From Desulfonatronovibrio magnus (GTDB lineage Bacteria; Desulfobacterota; Desulfovibrionia; Desulfovibrionales; Desulfonatronovibrionaceae), in the NCBI RefSeq assembly GCF_000934755.1, contig NZ_KN882175.1, positions 456-24,455 of the forward strand: a stretch of 24,000 bases of DNA, read 5' to 3'. Positions 14,546 through 23,880 of the stretch are shown here, piece after piece. Every line of letters begins with the position of its first letter. Position 1 is the first letter of the stretch. Both the position numbers and the translations under genes were made by a program. The notes beneath the pieces were generated by a model, which was given only the letters and a program-made list of their open reading frames with translations, did no database searches and was not told where the DNA came from.

Positions 14546-15781
14546 ATGCATAGTCAAAACAAACAGGTATCGCCGGGCACTGGGCTCATTATTGCCTGCT
14601 CAGCTCTAATTGCAGGCAATCTGGTGGGGGCTGGGATTCTTGGTCTGCCAATAAATACAGGACTTGCAGGTCTTGGTCCATCAATGCTGGCCATGATTGC
14701 AGGCGGGGCAATGATGTTTTTAACCGCTGTAATCCTTGGAGAGCAGTCAGCCAAAGGCCGAAACGAGACTTTTGACTACCCTTCCCTGTATGAAACTTTT
14801 CTGGGCAGATTCGGCAAATGGGCAGCCATCATTGCCAATATGATAATCCTTTATGGACTGCTAACCGCATATTTTACTGGAGGAGCTAAGATTGTAGCCA
14901 GTCTGGCAGGAATTGAGGGTCAGGCAACGCTGGTTACCCTGTTTTTTGCCATGCCCCTGATCGTGCTGACATGCATAAACTTATCCATTATTCAGCGCCT
15001 GAATACTTTTCTGGTGATTTTTCTTGCTGGAACGTTTATTCTGCTGGTGGCCTTAAGTTCCGGACACGTAGAATTATCAAGGGCTAATTATTCAGACTGG
15101 TTTTTTTTACCAGCCACCCTGCCCATCATTGTTACGGCATTTCATTTCCATAACATAATCCCCACGGTCAGCACTCAGCTGAACTGGGATATGAAGGCTT
15201 TTAAAAAGGCAGTATTGCTGGGAATGTTTATGGCCTTTATCATGAATTCCCTGTGGGTTCTGGTGGGCATCGGAGTGGTACCCCTGACTGGCGAAAACAG
15301 TATTCTTGCTGCCTGGCACACCAATACTCCGGCTACAATTCCCATGGGAGTCATTATTGCAAATCCTGTATTTATAATAATGGGATCTGTTTTTGCCCTG
15401 GTGGCCATTTCCACATCATTTCTTGCCAATGGTCTGGGTTTACAGGGATTTCTCCGTGATCTTCTCTATAACACCTTTGGAATAAACAACCGGGTTATGG
15501 TTATCTTTGCCACCTTTACCCCCCCTCTTCTAACTGCGCTTGTCTATCCTGATATCTTTCTCAAAGCTCTGGACATTGTTGGAGGCGTCGGCATTGTAAT
15601 TTTATTCGGCATCCTTCCTACACTCATAGTCATCTTAGATAAAGCCCATTCTACCAAAATGCGCATTATATGCAGTCTGGCCTTAGTTTTTGCAGGAGCC
15701 ATCCTGTTGATGGAAATTTTTCAGGAAATAGGAATGCTGCGCCTTCATCCGTGGGCGGACATCCATGCTTCAGGTAATTAA
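14546..15781 (+). CDS. HAAAP-family amino-acid permease (Trp/Tyr/Ser transporter type: TnaB/Mtr/TyrP/SdaC-like)
   Basis: 411-aa protein with about 11 hydrophobic segments. The N-terminal IIACSALIAGNLVGAGILGLPINTGLAGLGPS matches the family pattern ..G.aIGAGmLalP. AAGGA lies 9 nt upstream. A serine substrate is suggested only by adjacency to sdaA. Confidence 0.8.
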   Translation: MHSQNKQVSPGTGLIIACSALIAGNLVGAGILGLPINTGLAGLGPSMLAMIAGGAMMFLTAVILGEQSAKGRNETFDYPSLYETFLGRFGKWAAIIANMIILYGLLTAYFTGGAKIVASLAGIEGQATLVTLFFAMPLIVLTCINLSIIQRLNTFLVIFLAGTFILLVALSSGHVELSRANYSDWFFLPATLPIIVTAFHFHNIIPTVSTQLNWDMKAFKKAVLLGMFMAFIMNSLWVLVGIGVVPLTGENSILAAWHTNTPATIPMGVIIANPVFIIMGSVFALVAISTSFLANGLGLQGFLRDLLYNTFGINNRVMVIFATFTPPLLTALVYPDIFLKALDIVGGVGIVILFGILPTLIVILDKAHSTKMRIICSLALVFAGAILLMEIFQEIGMLRLHPWADIHASGN

Positions 15782-15825
15782 CTTGAGAGTTCAAGGTCCC
15801 TGGTTTTTTCGTTCTTGGTTGTAAG
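15781..15825 (+). repeat. 44-45 bp dispersed repeat module, copy b
   Basis: Matches 1901..1944. It begins on the last base of the permease stop codon and abuts the long repeat. Confidence 0.7.
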
Positions 15826-16128
15826 CTCTTCACCCGGGCGGACCGGGACCGCACCTGTGAGTAACTTTAAGACTCTGTCACTTTTCTGAAAACTGGGACA
15901 GTCCCCGCGAGGTACTATAAAAAAGATTGATACTGCATTGGTTCCTGGAAGAGATTTGCTTAAATGAAAAAATTTACACAGCGAGGGACAGTCCCTGTGC
16001 CAGGCGCAAAGTTCCCATCTTTGACGGAACTTTTCAGGCAAATGTGCATGAATCATAAGCAGAAATCGTAAAAATGTGAAAACTGTAACCAACTGATTTT
16101 ATTAGAAAAACGATTCTAGTTACTTGTA
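15823..16128 (-). repeat. ~305-bp intergenic repeat unit carrying two GGGACAGTCCC palindromes 90 bp apart (inverted copy)
   Basis: The reverse complement aligns end to end with 23881-24000 (first ~120 bp) and 23640-23880 (remainder). The exception is a 31-nt segment present only in the 23.6-kb copy. Palindromes are at 15895-15905 and 15985-15995. Confidence 0.85.
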
Positions 16129-16327
16129 AGAAATAAAGTCAATATATTTGCATAGGATGTAGCGCACCAGGCAGGCTATCTTAGTGATGGCGGGCAACTT
16201 TGTGATCATGAAGGGGAGCATTCAAGGCTTGACTGCCGTATTTGGTACTTTCCTCAATTTTTCAATATTAATTCTGTTGGATATAATTCGCAAAACCGTG
16301 CTGAATCTCCACTTTCCGGGACAAAAG

Positions 16328-17650
16328 TCATGGCGCTGGGGACATATCACTTAGAGAAAGGCCTATGAATTCAGCAGTGTATTGCTGATGCGAAGCCAGA
16401 ATGTTGACAGCTTTTCTGCGAAGAACATTAAGATTAATATGTTTTTTGTTTAGTTTTACTTCAGCCATGACCAGTTTTTTGTCCATATCATTGACCGCCA
16501 CGATATCGATCTCATTTTTATTCTTGCGCTCCCATGAAGGTCCAATGCGGTTGAATTTTCCAGACAGTTTCATCTCTTGAATAAAGTACTTTTCCAGGAA
16601 TGCCCCGCTGAAGGTGTCCAAGTCACGCTGTACTACATTGAATACATAGTCCATGTTGCCCATCTCTACGGCACTCAGGTTTTTGAAAATGAAGCGAAAC
16701 CAGAAGTTAAGAAAGTTATCATCTATGGCATACTTCTGATTTCTACTTCCTGGTTTGGCGAAAAGCGGTCTGACCTTGTGGATGATTCCATAGTCTTTTT
16801 CCATTCGTTCCAAGTGGCCGCCGATATTTTTCCCAAGAAGACTTTCCATTTCAGGTCTGGCTGTTCTTGAACCGGCAATAAGGGATAAAATTGAAAAATA
16901 GGTTGCATGATCCTTTCCAAATTCATCAATCAATACATCGCGGCCCTCATAGAGAAAAAAAGAATGCTCATCAAGCACAGCCCGGATCATGCTGTCCAGG
17001 CTCAGGGCATTTTGTTCAACCAGCAGCTCAATGTATCTGGCAATTCCTCCAGTAAGCATAAAAAAACACAGCAAATCCCTGTTTGAATAATCCGGATGGT
17101 AATCACTCATTATCTGCTTGAGAATGTTTGTGCCAAGAGGTTTAAGCACTATTTTCCTGTCTGCCCGGCCATAAAGAGGCTCTTTGCTGTTTTCAAAGAT
17201 TTTTTTCATTAAAGAATATACAGAACCACAAAGCACAAGGTTCATTTTTGAACGTTCTTTGTATGTATCCCAGAGGTGCTGTATTTCAGAATATACAGCA
17301 GGATTGACCGTAACAAACTCCTGGAATTCATCTATTGCAAGGGTAAATGGATGATTGCAGGAGTACTCAAGCAGATACTCAAATATCTGGGAAAAGCTTG
17401 AAATCTGGCCTATGATTTTAGCTCCCAGGGATTCCTGAATAATACTGCAGTACTCTTCACAAAGTAAGTTTTCATTTTTTTTGGCTACAAAAAAATATAC
17501 AAGATTATCAGAAGAAAATGCCTCTTTGATTAATCTGGTTTTACCAACTCTTCTTCTTCCGACAATAAAGGTCATTCTGGCTTTTTGTCTTGACTGTAAA
17601 CGCATATCCTGCAGGATCTTCAGCTCAGCTTCCCTGTCATAAAAACGCAT
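16328..17650 (-). CDS. ATP-binding protein of the archaeal-type ATPase/DUF234 family (P-loop NTPase with a C-terminal PD-(D/E)xK-like module)
   Basis: The track start 17671 is TTG. I prefer ATG 17650 (MRFYDREAELKIL, the typical family N-terminus) with GGAG 7 nt upstream. Walker A is GRRRVGKT and the Walker B/DExx box is FTLAIDEFQEF. The C-terminus reads SWERKNKNEIDIVAVNDMDKKLVMAEVKLNKK (D...E.K). Confidence 0.82.
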   Translation of the reverse strand: MRFYDREAELKILQDMRLQSRQKARMTFIVGRRRVGKTRLIKEAFSSDNLVYFFVAKKNENLLCEEYCSIIQESLGAKIIGQISSFSQIFEYLLEYSCNHPFTLAIDEFQEFVTVNPAVYSEIQHLWDTYKERSKMNLVLCGSVYSLMKKIFENSKEPLYGRADRKIVLKPLGTNILKQIMSDYHPDYSNRDLLCFFMLTGGIARYIELLVEQNALSLDSMIRAVLDEHSFFLYEGRDVLIDEFGKDHATYFSILSLIAGSRTARPEMESLLGKNIGGHLERMEKDYGIIHKVRPLFAKPGSRNQKYAIDDNFLNFWFRFIFKNLSAVEMGNMDYVFNVVQRDLDTFSGAFLEKYFIQEMKLSGKFNRIGPSWERKNKNEIDIVAVNDMDKKLVMAEVKLNKKHINLNVLRRKAVNILASHQQYTAEFIGLSLSDMSPAP

Positions 17651-17900
17651 GGGCACACTCCGGTATTGCAATTCATGTATCCAGAATCATCGAAACCAGG
17701 GTTATCGTAACCCCTGTTTCAATTTCTATATTACATGTCCTGATGAAAGTCCAGTCTGATTTGTTTTTGGGGAAAGAGTCAGGAATCAGGAATCAGATTG
17801 ATCGTCATGGGGGCAGACCTGACCAAGCGATTGAATTAATCAACCTGCGATTTAACATCCTCGCAGGTTCGATTCCGAACCAGCGGGGTGAGGAGATTGC

Positions 17901-17970
17901 AAGTAACTACAAAAAACTGGCCACCGGATCAAAGCCTGTCCCGGACCTTGATCCGGGATCCGGGGCTACG
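17901..17970 (-). repeat. ~70-bp hairpin repeat module, copy 2 (inverted relative to 14451..14523)
   Basis: See 14451..14523. It lies 5 nt downstream of the hybrid-kinase stop, so it may double as a terminator hairpin for the minus-strand operon. Confidence 0.85.
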
Positions 17971-17975
17971 ATATT

Positions 17976-19925
17976 TTAAATGCAACTGAGGAGTCTGTTC
18001 AGAGCCTCAACCAGCTTATCTTTATCCACAGGCTTGGGAATATAGTCATCCATACCTTCGTTTAAAAATCTTTCCCGATCTCCGGCCAGAGCGTGGGCAG
18101 TAAAGGCAATAATGGGTGTAGTTGATTTATCTTTAAATTTTGGATCATTGCGGATTACCCTGGTTGCTTCAATGCCGTCCATGTCCGGCATTTGAATATC
18201 CATAAAAATGGCATCATAAGTATTATTGAGAATAAGTTCCAGAGCAGGCTTGCCATCGCTGGCCTCATCAGCATTATAACCAAGCCTGCCAAGCATATGA
18301 GCCATCATGATCCGGTTGATTGGTTCATCATCAACAACCAGAACACGTTTTTCTGCATGAGACTCCTCAATTTTCTGAGTTGCACAAGGCTCAGCCTTTT
18401 GATCTTGGGCATCATGTCTTTCAAATACAGGATTGAAGTAAATATCAGTCCCGCATCCAGGTTCGCTGTCTACAGCAATACTCCCACTCATCAGGCCTGC
18501 AAGAGATTTGACTATGGACAGGCCTAAGCCTGCTCCCTGGTGCTTGCGAGTCAGGGAGTCATCGACCATGGTGAAGGGCTTGAAAAGTCGGGACAAGTGC
18601 TCGGGGTCCATTCCAATGCCAGTATCTGAAATTATGAATAAAACCCTGATCTTTTGGTCACTCTTAGCAGGAATGGCCCATGCCTGCACCTTGACTGTTC
18701 CTTTGCTGGAGAATTTAAGGGCATTGTCCACAAGATTCGACAAAATCTGCTGCAGTCTAATCGGATCACCTATGATGTGCTCAGGGATATTGTCATCCAA
18801 GCTCCAGGTCAGTGATATTCCCTTCTGTCTTGCTGAAAATTCAAACAGCTGGCAGGTATTTTCCAGCACCTCATGCAGTTTGAATTTGACTGGATGAACA
18901 GACAGCCTGCTGGCTCCAATACGACAGACATCCATGATATCGCCCAAAAGCCTGGTCAGTCTGGTACATGACTGGATTCCAAGCTCAATGTATTCCCTCT
19001 GATCTTCATCCAGATTGCCCATTTGCAGAAGCTGCAGCATGCCCATCATTCCGTTGATGGGAGTTCTGATTTCATGACTCATGTTGTCCAGAAACCTGCC
19101 CTTGGCCTGGCTGGCTGCTTCAGCCTCATTCTTAGCCTTAAGCAGAGCCTTTTGATCCTTCTTGCGCTGTGAAATATCCTGGAAAAAAACCAGAGCTCCC
19201 TTTTCACCATCATATTCAAATGGTACTGCTGACAGCTCAACGTCAAAAGAGCTTCCGTCAATTTTGAGCATAATTTGTTCAGCTCTGTAAACTTCCTGAC
19301 GTTCAACATTAAGAGTATGAAATCTCTTTTCCACCATGTCATGAAAATCAGGATGAACTCTGTCCAGTACAGGTCTGCCAAGGAGCTGATCTTCATTATC
19401 AGCTCCCAGAAGTTCAAGAGCAGCAGGATTCAGAAAGGCAAATCTCTTGTTTGTCTGAATATAAATGCCATCTGGGGCTTTCTGGGCCAGAAGTCGAAAT
19501 CTTTTTTCACTGGCTCTCAAAGCCTTGTCCGCCTCCCTCAATTTAATTCTCTCCTGACTTTGCTTGAGAGCCGAAATTACAGCAGGTCCAAGCCTGAGAA
19601 TACGTTCTTTAAGAATATAGTCCCAGGCTCCTGCTTTCATGCATTCTACAGCTGTTTCTTCGTCCAGAGCTCCGGTTACAAGGATGAATGGAATATCAGG
19701 AAAATTGCTGCATAAAATTTCAAGGGCCTTCATGCCGTCAAAGCCTGGCAGATTATAATCCGAAAGCACTATATCCGGTTCGTATTCAGTCAAAGCCTTA
19801 ATATAAGCATTTCGGTTATCAACCCGGCAAAAATCAGGTTCAGAAAGCGACTTTCTGACTTCACGCTCAATAATTTCAGCGTCAAAAGGGTTGTCTTCAA
19901 GGACAAGTACACGTGTATTTTTCAT
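17976..19925 (-). CDS. hybrid sensor histidine kinase (REC-PAS-HisKA-HATPase_c-REC), cytoplasmic
   Basis: N-terminal receiver: VLVLEDNPFDAEIIEREV...DIVLSDYNLPGFDGMKAL. H-box: FLDNMSHEIRTPINGMMGMLQLL. ATP-lid boxes: ISDTGIGMDP and GAGLGLSIVKSL. C-terminal receiver: RVLVVDDEPINRIMM...YDAIFMDIQMPDMDGIEATRVIR. GGAG lies 6 nt upstream of the ATG. Confidence 0.92.
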   Translation of the reverse strand: MKNTRVLVLEDNPFDAEIIEREVRKSLSEPDFCRVDNRNAYIKALTEYEPDIVLSDYNLPGFDGMKALEILCSNFPDIPFILVTGALDEETAVECMKAGAWDYILKERILRLGPAVISALKQSQERIKLREADKALRASEKRFRLLAQKAPDGIYIQTNKRFAFLNPAALELLGADNEDQLLGRPVLDRVHPDFHDMVEKRFHTLNVERQEVYRAEQIMLKIDGSSFDVELSAVPFEYDGEKGALVFFQDISQRKKDQKALLKAKNEAEAASQAKGRFLDNMSHEIRTPINGMMGMLQLLQMGNLDEDQREYIELGIQSCTRLTRLLGDIMDVCRIGASRLSVHPVKFKLHEVLENTCQLFEFSARQKGISLTWSLDDNIPEHIIGDPIRLQQILSNLVDNALKFSSKGTVKVQAWAIPAKSDQKIRVLFIISDTGIGMDPEHLSRLFKPFTMVDDSLTRKHQGAGLGLSIVKSLAGLMSGSIAVDSEPGCGTDIYFNPVFERHDAQDQKAEPCATQKIEESHAEKRVLVVDDEPINRIMMAHMLGRLGYNADEASDGKPALELILNNTYDAIFMDIQMPDMDGIEATRVIRNDPKFKDKSTTPIIAFTAHALAGDRERFLNEGMDDYIPKPVDKDKLVEALNRLLSCI

Positions 19926-19938
19926 AAGTTTCTCCAGT

Positions 19939-20406
19939 CTATCCGACTGATACAGTCCCTGATGTTTCTGGGTGCCGGTTGAGCATCAGCCAGTAATATC
20001 CTATTCTGTTCATGGCCTCAAAAAAATCATCAAAATTGACGGGTTTGACAACATAGCTGTTGGCACCCAGGGCGTAGGCCCTTTCAATATCAGGATCTTC
20101 ATTGGAAGAAGTTACAATAACTACTGGTATTATCCTGGTATCTTCATTGCTTTTTACGGCCTGCAGAACTTCCAGTCCATCAATTTTGGGCAGCTTGAGA
20201 TCCAGTAGAATAACCTTGGGTTTATGCTTGCAGATCCTTTCGGAGTAATCTCCTCTGCAAAAGATATAATCAAGAGCCTTTGCTCCGTCTTCAACATGAT
20301 AGAGGCTGTTGGCAAGGTTTCTTTTTCTAAAAGCCCTTATAGTCAATTCAGCATCCTGAGGATTGTCTTCCACCAGCAAAATATCAACAGCCTGAGAATA
20401 ATCCAT
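19939..20406 (-). CDS. stand-alone receiver-domain response regulator
   Basis: Contains DILLVEDNPQDAELTIRAFRK...KVILLDLKLPKIDGLEVLQAVK...PVVIVTSS...GANSYVVKP. The track start 20412 is GTG. ATG 20406 has AAGGAG 5 nt upstream, so I call 20406. Confidence 0.9.
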   Translation of the reverse strand: MDYSQAVDILLVEDNPQDAELTIRAFRKRNLANSLYHVEDGAKALDYIFCRGDYSERICKHKPKVILLDLKLPKIDGLEVLQAVKSNEDTRIIPVVIVTSSNEDPDIERAYALGANSYVVKPVNFDDFFEAMNRIGYYWLMLNRHPETSGTVSVG

Positions 20407-20408
20407 TT

Positions 20409-22334
20409 TCACTCCTTCTTTAAAGGTAAAGAAAAATTAAATTTTGCACCCTTATCAACAACACCTTCGGCCCAGACTCTTCCATTATGACGGTTCACTA
20501 TTCTCTGCACAATGGCCAGACCCACGCCGGTTCCGGGAAATTCCGCTTCTGTATGCAGGCGTTGAAAAACCCCGAAAAGTTTATCGGCATAGGCTTCATC
20601 AAATCCTGACCCATTATCAATAACCTGATAAACAACTTCCTGATCATCTTCCCAAGCCCGAACTCTTATTTCAGGATTATCCTTTTTGGATGTATATTTT
20701 AGGGCATTTGACAAAAGATTTTTCCAAACCTGACGCAAAAGGGCCGGATCACCATATGCCATGGGCAGGGGATCAACCTGAAAATCAATTATATCCGGAG
20801 CATATCCTGTAACCAGCTCTTTATACACTGATTCTGTCAGGTCCTGCATGTTAACATCAGACAGGCTCATTGAAGTTCGGCTCAGGCGGGAAAACTTGAG
20901 GATATCATCAATCAACTGGCCCATTTTGACTGCATTATCAGTGATCACCTTACATATCCTGCGGCCCTCATCATCTAAAGATGAGCCATAATCCTCCACC
21001 AGGATCCTGGTGAATCCATTGATGGCCCGCAAGGGGGAACGAAGATCATGGGATACGGAGTAGCTGAAGGATTCCAGTTCCTTATTGGCTTCCTCCAATT
21101 GGGCAGTACGTTCTCTTACTTTATCCTCAAGCCTTAAGTTTAATTCTGTAATGTACCGGCGATGCTGGATCATCTCGGTAATATCCCTTACAAAAGCCTG
21201 AGCTGCCGGCTTACCTCCATAAGTGATGGAACCTGCTGAAACTTCAACATCCACGGATTGTCCATCTACTCTGAGCATGCGCTGTTCTCTCGGGGGCACT
21301 CTTTCCTGACCTGCAGACAGCTCTTTAAGTCTTTCTATAACCCCAGGCCGGTCTTCGGGATGAATAAAATCAAGCAATTCCCTGCCTTTGACCTGTTCAA
21401 GGTTGTCATAGCCCAGCAGCCTTAGACCTGCTGGGTTCATGTAAACAATTTTTCCCTGAGACTGCACTATTATGGCCTCAGGAGCCAGCTCTACAAGGGA
21501 ACGATAACGTTTTTCACTTTCCTTTAAAATACTTTGAATTAATTCTTTTTCAGAAATTTCTAAGCTCAGCTGTTTTGAAGACGCACGTTCATTATTAACA
21601 AGATTTTGAATACTCTGCGCCATATAGTTAAAGGATTTTGCAAGTTTTCCAAGTTCGTCTCTGCGCTTATTGGGTATCCGGTAGTCAAGCTTTCCTTGCC
21701 CCATCCGATCTGTACCTGCTACCAGAGCATTTATGCCTTGAGAAATATTCAGTCCTAAAATTATCAGGAGGAAAAGAGAGGCAACAAACAGAAAAATCCC
21801 AAGACCAGCTACGATCCTGAAGTTACGCTGCTGCAGCAGGACTGATTTTTCCTGTGCCTGGCTGGCCACCACAAACATCCTGGAGAGCAGATTCTGTGTG
21901 TCCATGCGCATGCGGGAGCTTATACGTTCAGCAACTTCCTGCAGCCTCCTTATTTCCTCATCATTATTATCAGTAATCATAAGTTCTGAAATTTGGTGAT
22001 GATTTTCCCGCAGGATTGCAAAAGCTCTGGTAAGCGAATCAAATACCAGAAGCATAGAAGTGATATCATCAGGAATATCGGGCCTGTTCATGGCATCTTT
22101 AATCCGCTCAGCTCTGGACAGCCACTGTATTTCCTTGCGTGCTTCCTGGTGGGAAATATATGATTCGGTCAGGAGGGAGAGTTCAGCAATAGATCTTGCC
22201 AGTTCCTGGGCCATTGCATCTTTTTTTATCTCCTGGGTTACTGCCCTGGAAAAATAAAGATTGGCTGCAATGACCGCAAAAATAATTATTGATAAAAAAA
22301 CTGACAGGAATATCAGCTTGGCTCTAATGGTCAT
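20409..22334 (-). CDS. membrane sensor histidine kinase (TM-extracytoplasmic helical region-TM-HAMP-PAS-HisKA-HATPase_c)
   Basis: Two TM segments are present (LIFLSVFLSIIIFAVIAANLYF and IVAGLGIFLFVASLFLLIILGL). There is a HAMP-like DELGKLAKSFNYMAQSIQNL and a PAS region. H-box: FSYSVSHDLRSPLRAINGF. ATP-lid boxes: VIDNGSGFDEAY and GTGVGLAIVQRIV. The start overlaps the SBP stop (ATGA). Confidence 0.92.
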   Translation of the reverse strand: MTIRAKLIFLSVFLSIIIFAVIAANLYFSRAVTQEIKKDAMAQELARSIAELSLLTESYISHQEARKEIQWLSRAERIKDAMNRPDIPDDITSMLLVFDSLTRAFAILRENHHQISELMITDNNDEEIRRLQEVAERISSRMRMDTQNLLSRMFVVASQAQEKSVLLQQRNFRIVAGLGIFLFVASLFLLIILGLNISQGINALVAGTDRMGQGKLDYRIPNKRRDELGKLAKSFNYMAQSIQNLVNNERASSKQLSLEISEKELIQSILKESEKRYRSLVELAPEAIIVQSQGKIVYMNPAGLRLLGYDNLEQVKGRELLDFIHPEDRPGVIERLKELSAGQERVPPREQRMLRVDGQSVDVEVSAGSITYGGKPAAQAFVRDITEMIQHRRYITELNLRLEDKVRERTAQLEEANKELESFSYSVSHDLRSPLRAINGFTRILVEDYGSSLDDEGRRICKVITDNAVKMGQLIDDILKFSRLSRTSMSLSDVNMQDLTESVYKELVTGYAPDIIDFQVDPLPMAYGDPALLRQVWKNLLSNALKYTSKKDNPEIRVRAWEDDQEVVYQVIDNGSGFDEAYADKLFGVFQRLHTEAEFPGTGVGLAIVQRIVNRHNGRVWAEGVVDKGAKFNFSLPLKKE

Positions 22335-23362
22335 TGAATGATGGTGACTCCGTGAGGCTTAACCTTAAGCATTGGTTCAAAGTGTATCAGGCTTAAAAAA
22401 TCCGGGAGGTTTAAACGGGCTGACTCATGGCGCCCCATTACCCAGCGTGCCTCATCTTCCATGGTAGTCAACAGGGCCTCTCCCAAATTTACTTCAAAAA
22501 GGATGTCTTTCCATGAGTGGGCAATGACATCAGGGCTGAGATTTGAATACTGGGCATGAATAGATATGGCCTGGGCAGGGTATCGACTCATGAACTGCTC
22601 AGCCTGAAGCAGTGCCTTGAGAAAACTTTCCAGGACATGGGCATTGGCAAGGGCGAACTCTCTGAGGGTTACTGCCAGCCAGGCATTATGGTAAAAGAGA
22701 TTCAGCGGCATCAGGTATGCTTCACTGTCAAGAAGTTCAATTGCCTGTGCAATATGGGGTTGCCATGAAAAGATGGCATCTACGTCCCCGTAGACAATGG
22801 CCTCAACCTGCGATCTAACATCCTTGTCTATAATAATGATTTCAGAGCGCTCAATACCATGAGTCAGCAGAAAAAGGTCCAGGAGATAATCAATGCTGGT
22901 CCCTTTTGGCACGGCAATGGTTTTTCCGCGAAGATCCTCAGGTTTTTCTATGCCCCGGTCCCTGCGGGTCAGGATACGGGAAATATTATTGGAAAGGACC
23001 ATGTCCGCTATAATGACCAGATCTTCCCACTTTTCATCAGTATATTTATATTTATCAAAGTAGGAGTAAACAATGGGCAGTTCTGCCACCATGGCCATAT
23101 GGGCTCTTGACTCTTTGAGATCTGTCAGAGATTCAACCCCTGCATCATTGACAATCAGGGTCACAGCTAAACCCTGATCCAGGAAAAAACCTTTTTCTTT
23201 AGCCACGAAAATTGGAGCGCTGCCAATATAAGTGGAAGCAGCCAATGTTATGCTAATGGGCTCGGTTTTCTCATTTTTTCGGTCAGGCTGACAGGATAGC
23301 AGAAAAATAATTGCTACAGCAGCAAGAAACAAAAAAAGTTTGGATTTTCTGATATAATACAT
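22331..23362 (-). CDS. lipoprotein, ABC-type substrate-binding protein fold (NMT1/nitrate-sulfonate-bicarbonate-binding-like), first gene of the sensor operon
   Basis: The signal peptide has a lipobox: MYYIRKSKLFLFLAAVAIIFLLSC. The body reads ITLAASTYIGSAPIFVAKEKGFF...GKTIAVPKGTSIDYLLDLFL, typical of the NMT1/SsuA/TauA-like SBP family. No ABC permease or ATPase genes are nearby. Confidence 0.75.
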   Translation of the reverse strand: MYYIRKSKLFLFLAAVAIIFLLSCQPDRKNEKTEPISITLAASTYIGSAPIFVAKEKGFFLDQGLAVTLIVNDAGVESLTDLKESRAHMAMVAELPIVYSYFDKYKYTDEKWEDLVIIADMVLSNNISRILTRRDRGIEKPEDLRGKTIAVPKGTSIDYLLDLFLLTHGIERSEIIIIDKDVRSQVEAIVYGDVDAIFSWQPHIAQAIELLDSEAYLMPLNLFYHNAWLAVTLREFALANAHVLESFLKALLQAEQFMSRYPAQAISIHAQYSNLSPDVIAHSWKDILFEVNLGEALLTTMEDEARWVMGRHESARLNLPDFLSLIHFEPMLKVKPHGVTIIQ

Positions 23363-23570
23363 GTCTTGTTGCCTTATTAAGATTATGTTCGGAAAAAAAT
23401 TGCAAAAAATGTTAGGTATTAAAAAGCTGCTGAATCAACTGATGCAGGATGAACAACTGCCTTTTAAAAAGCTTTTTAGCAAAACAATTTGATTTAAGTC
23501 AAATCTAAGGTATTGCTGTGTCAAAAAATATTTCATATAAGCTACTTAAATTAAATTTATAGCAAAAACA

Positions 23571-23880
23571 GACAGTTATAACTTGAACATTTTTACGATT
23601 TTTGCTGATTGCTGATTATTGATTCTCAATTACGAGACAAATTCCGTCAAAGATGGGAGATTTGCGCCTGGCACAGCTTCCTGCCCGGAGGCTTACAGCC
23701 CGGAGGGGGACTGTCCCTCGCTGTGTAAATTTTTCCATTGAAGCAAATTTCTTCCAGGAACCAATGCAGTATCAATCTTTTTTATAGCACCTCGCGGGGA
23801 CTGTCCCAATTTTCAGAAAAGTGACAGATTCGTAAAGTTACTCGCAGGTTCGGTCCCGGGCCGCCCGGGTGAAGAGCTTC
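23571..23880 (+). repeat. ~305-bp intergenic repeat unit, tandem copy 1
   Basis: Palindromes GGGACTGTCCC are at 23707-23717 and 23797-23807, again 90 bp apart. It aligns with the reverse complement of 15823..16128. The 5' ~70 bp are more diverged. Confidence 0.8.

Noticed and set aside
15778-16092. 104-aa track ORF on the minus strand.
   Set aside because: It is composed entirely of the repeat modules. The reading frame is not preserved in the other copies (31-nt indel), and there is no RBS.
2144-23110. Numerous 60-150-aa antisense or out-of-frame track ORFs inside the large genes (for example 2441..2761, 8416..8793, 9296..9745, 13706..14077, 18192..18897, 19275..19715, 22859..23110).
   Set aside because: Each is nested within a longer ORF that carries clear family motifs. 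They show shadow-frame composition and no independent signals.
23668-23690. Sigma54-like CTGGCACAGCTTCCTGCC inside the long repeat.
   Set aside because: The GG-to-GC spacing is one base too long for the TGGCAC-N5-TTGC consensus. The -12 element is CTGC, not TTGC. The inverted copy at 16.0 kb lacks the downstream half because of the 31-nt indel.
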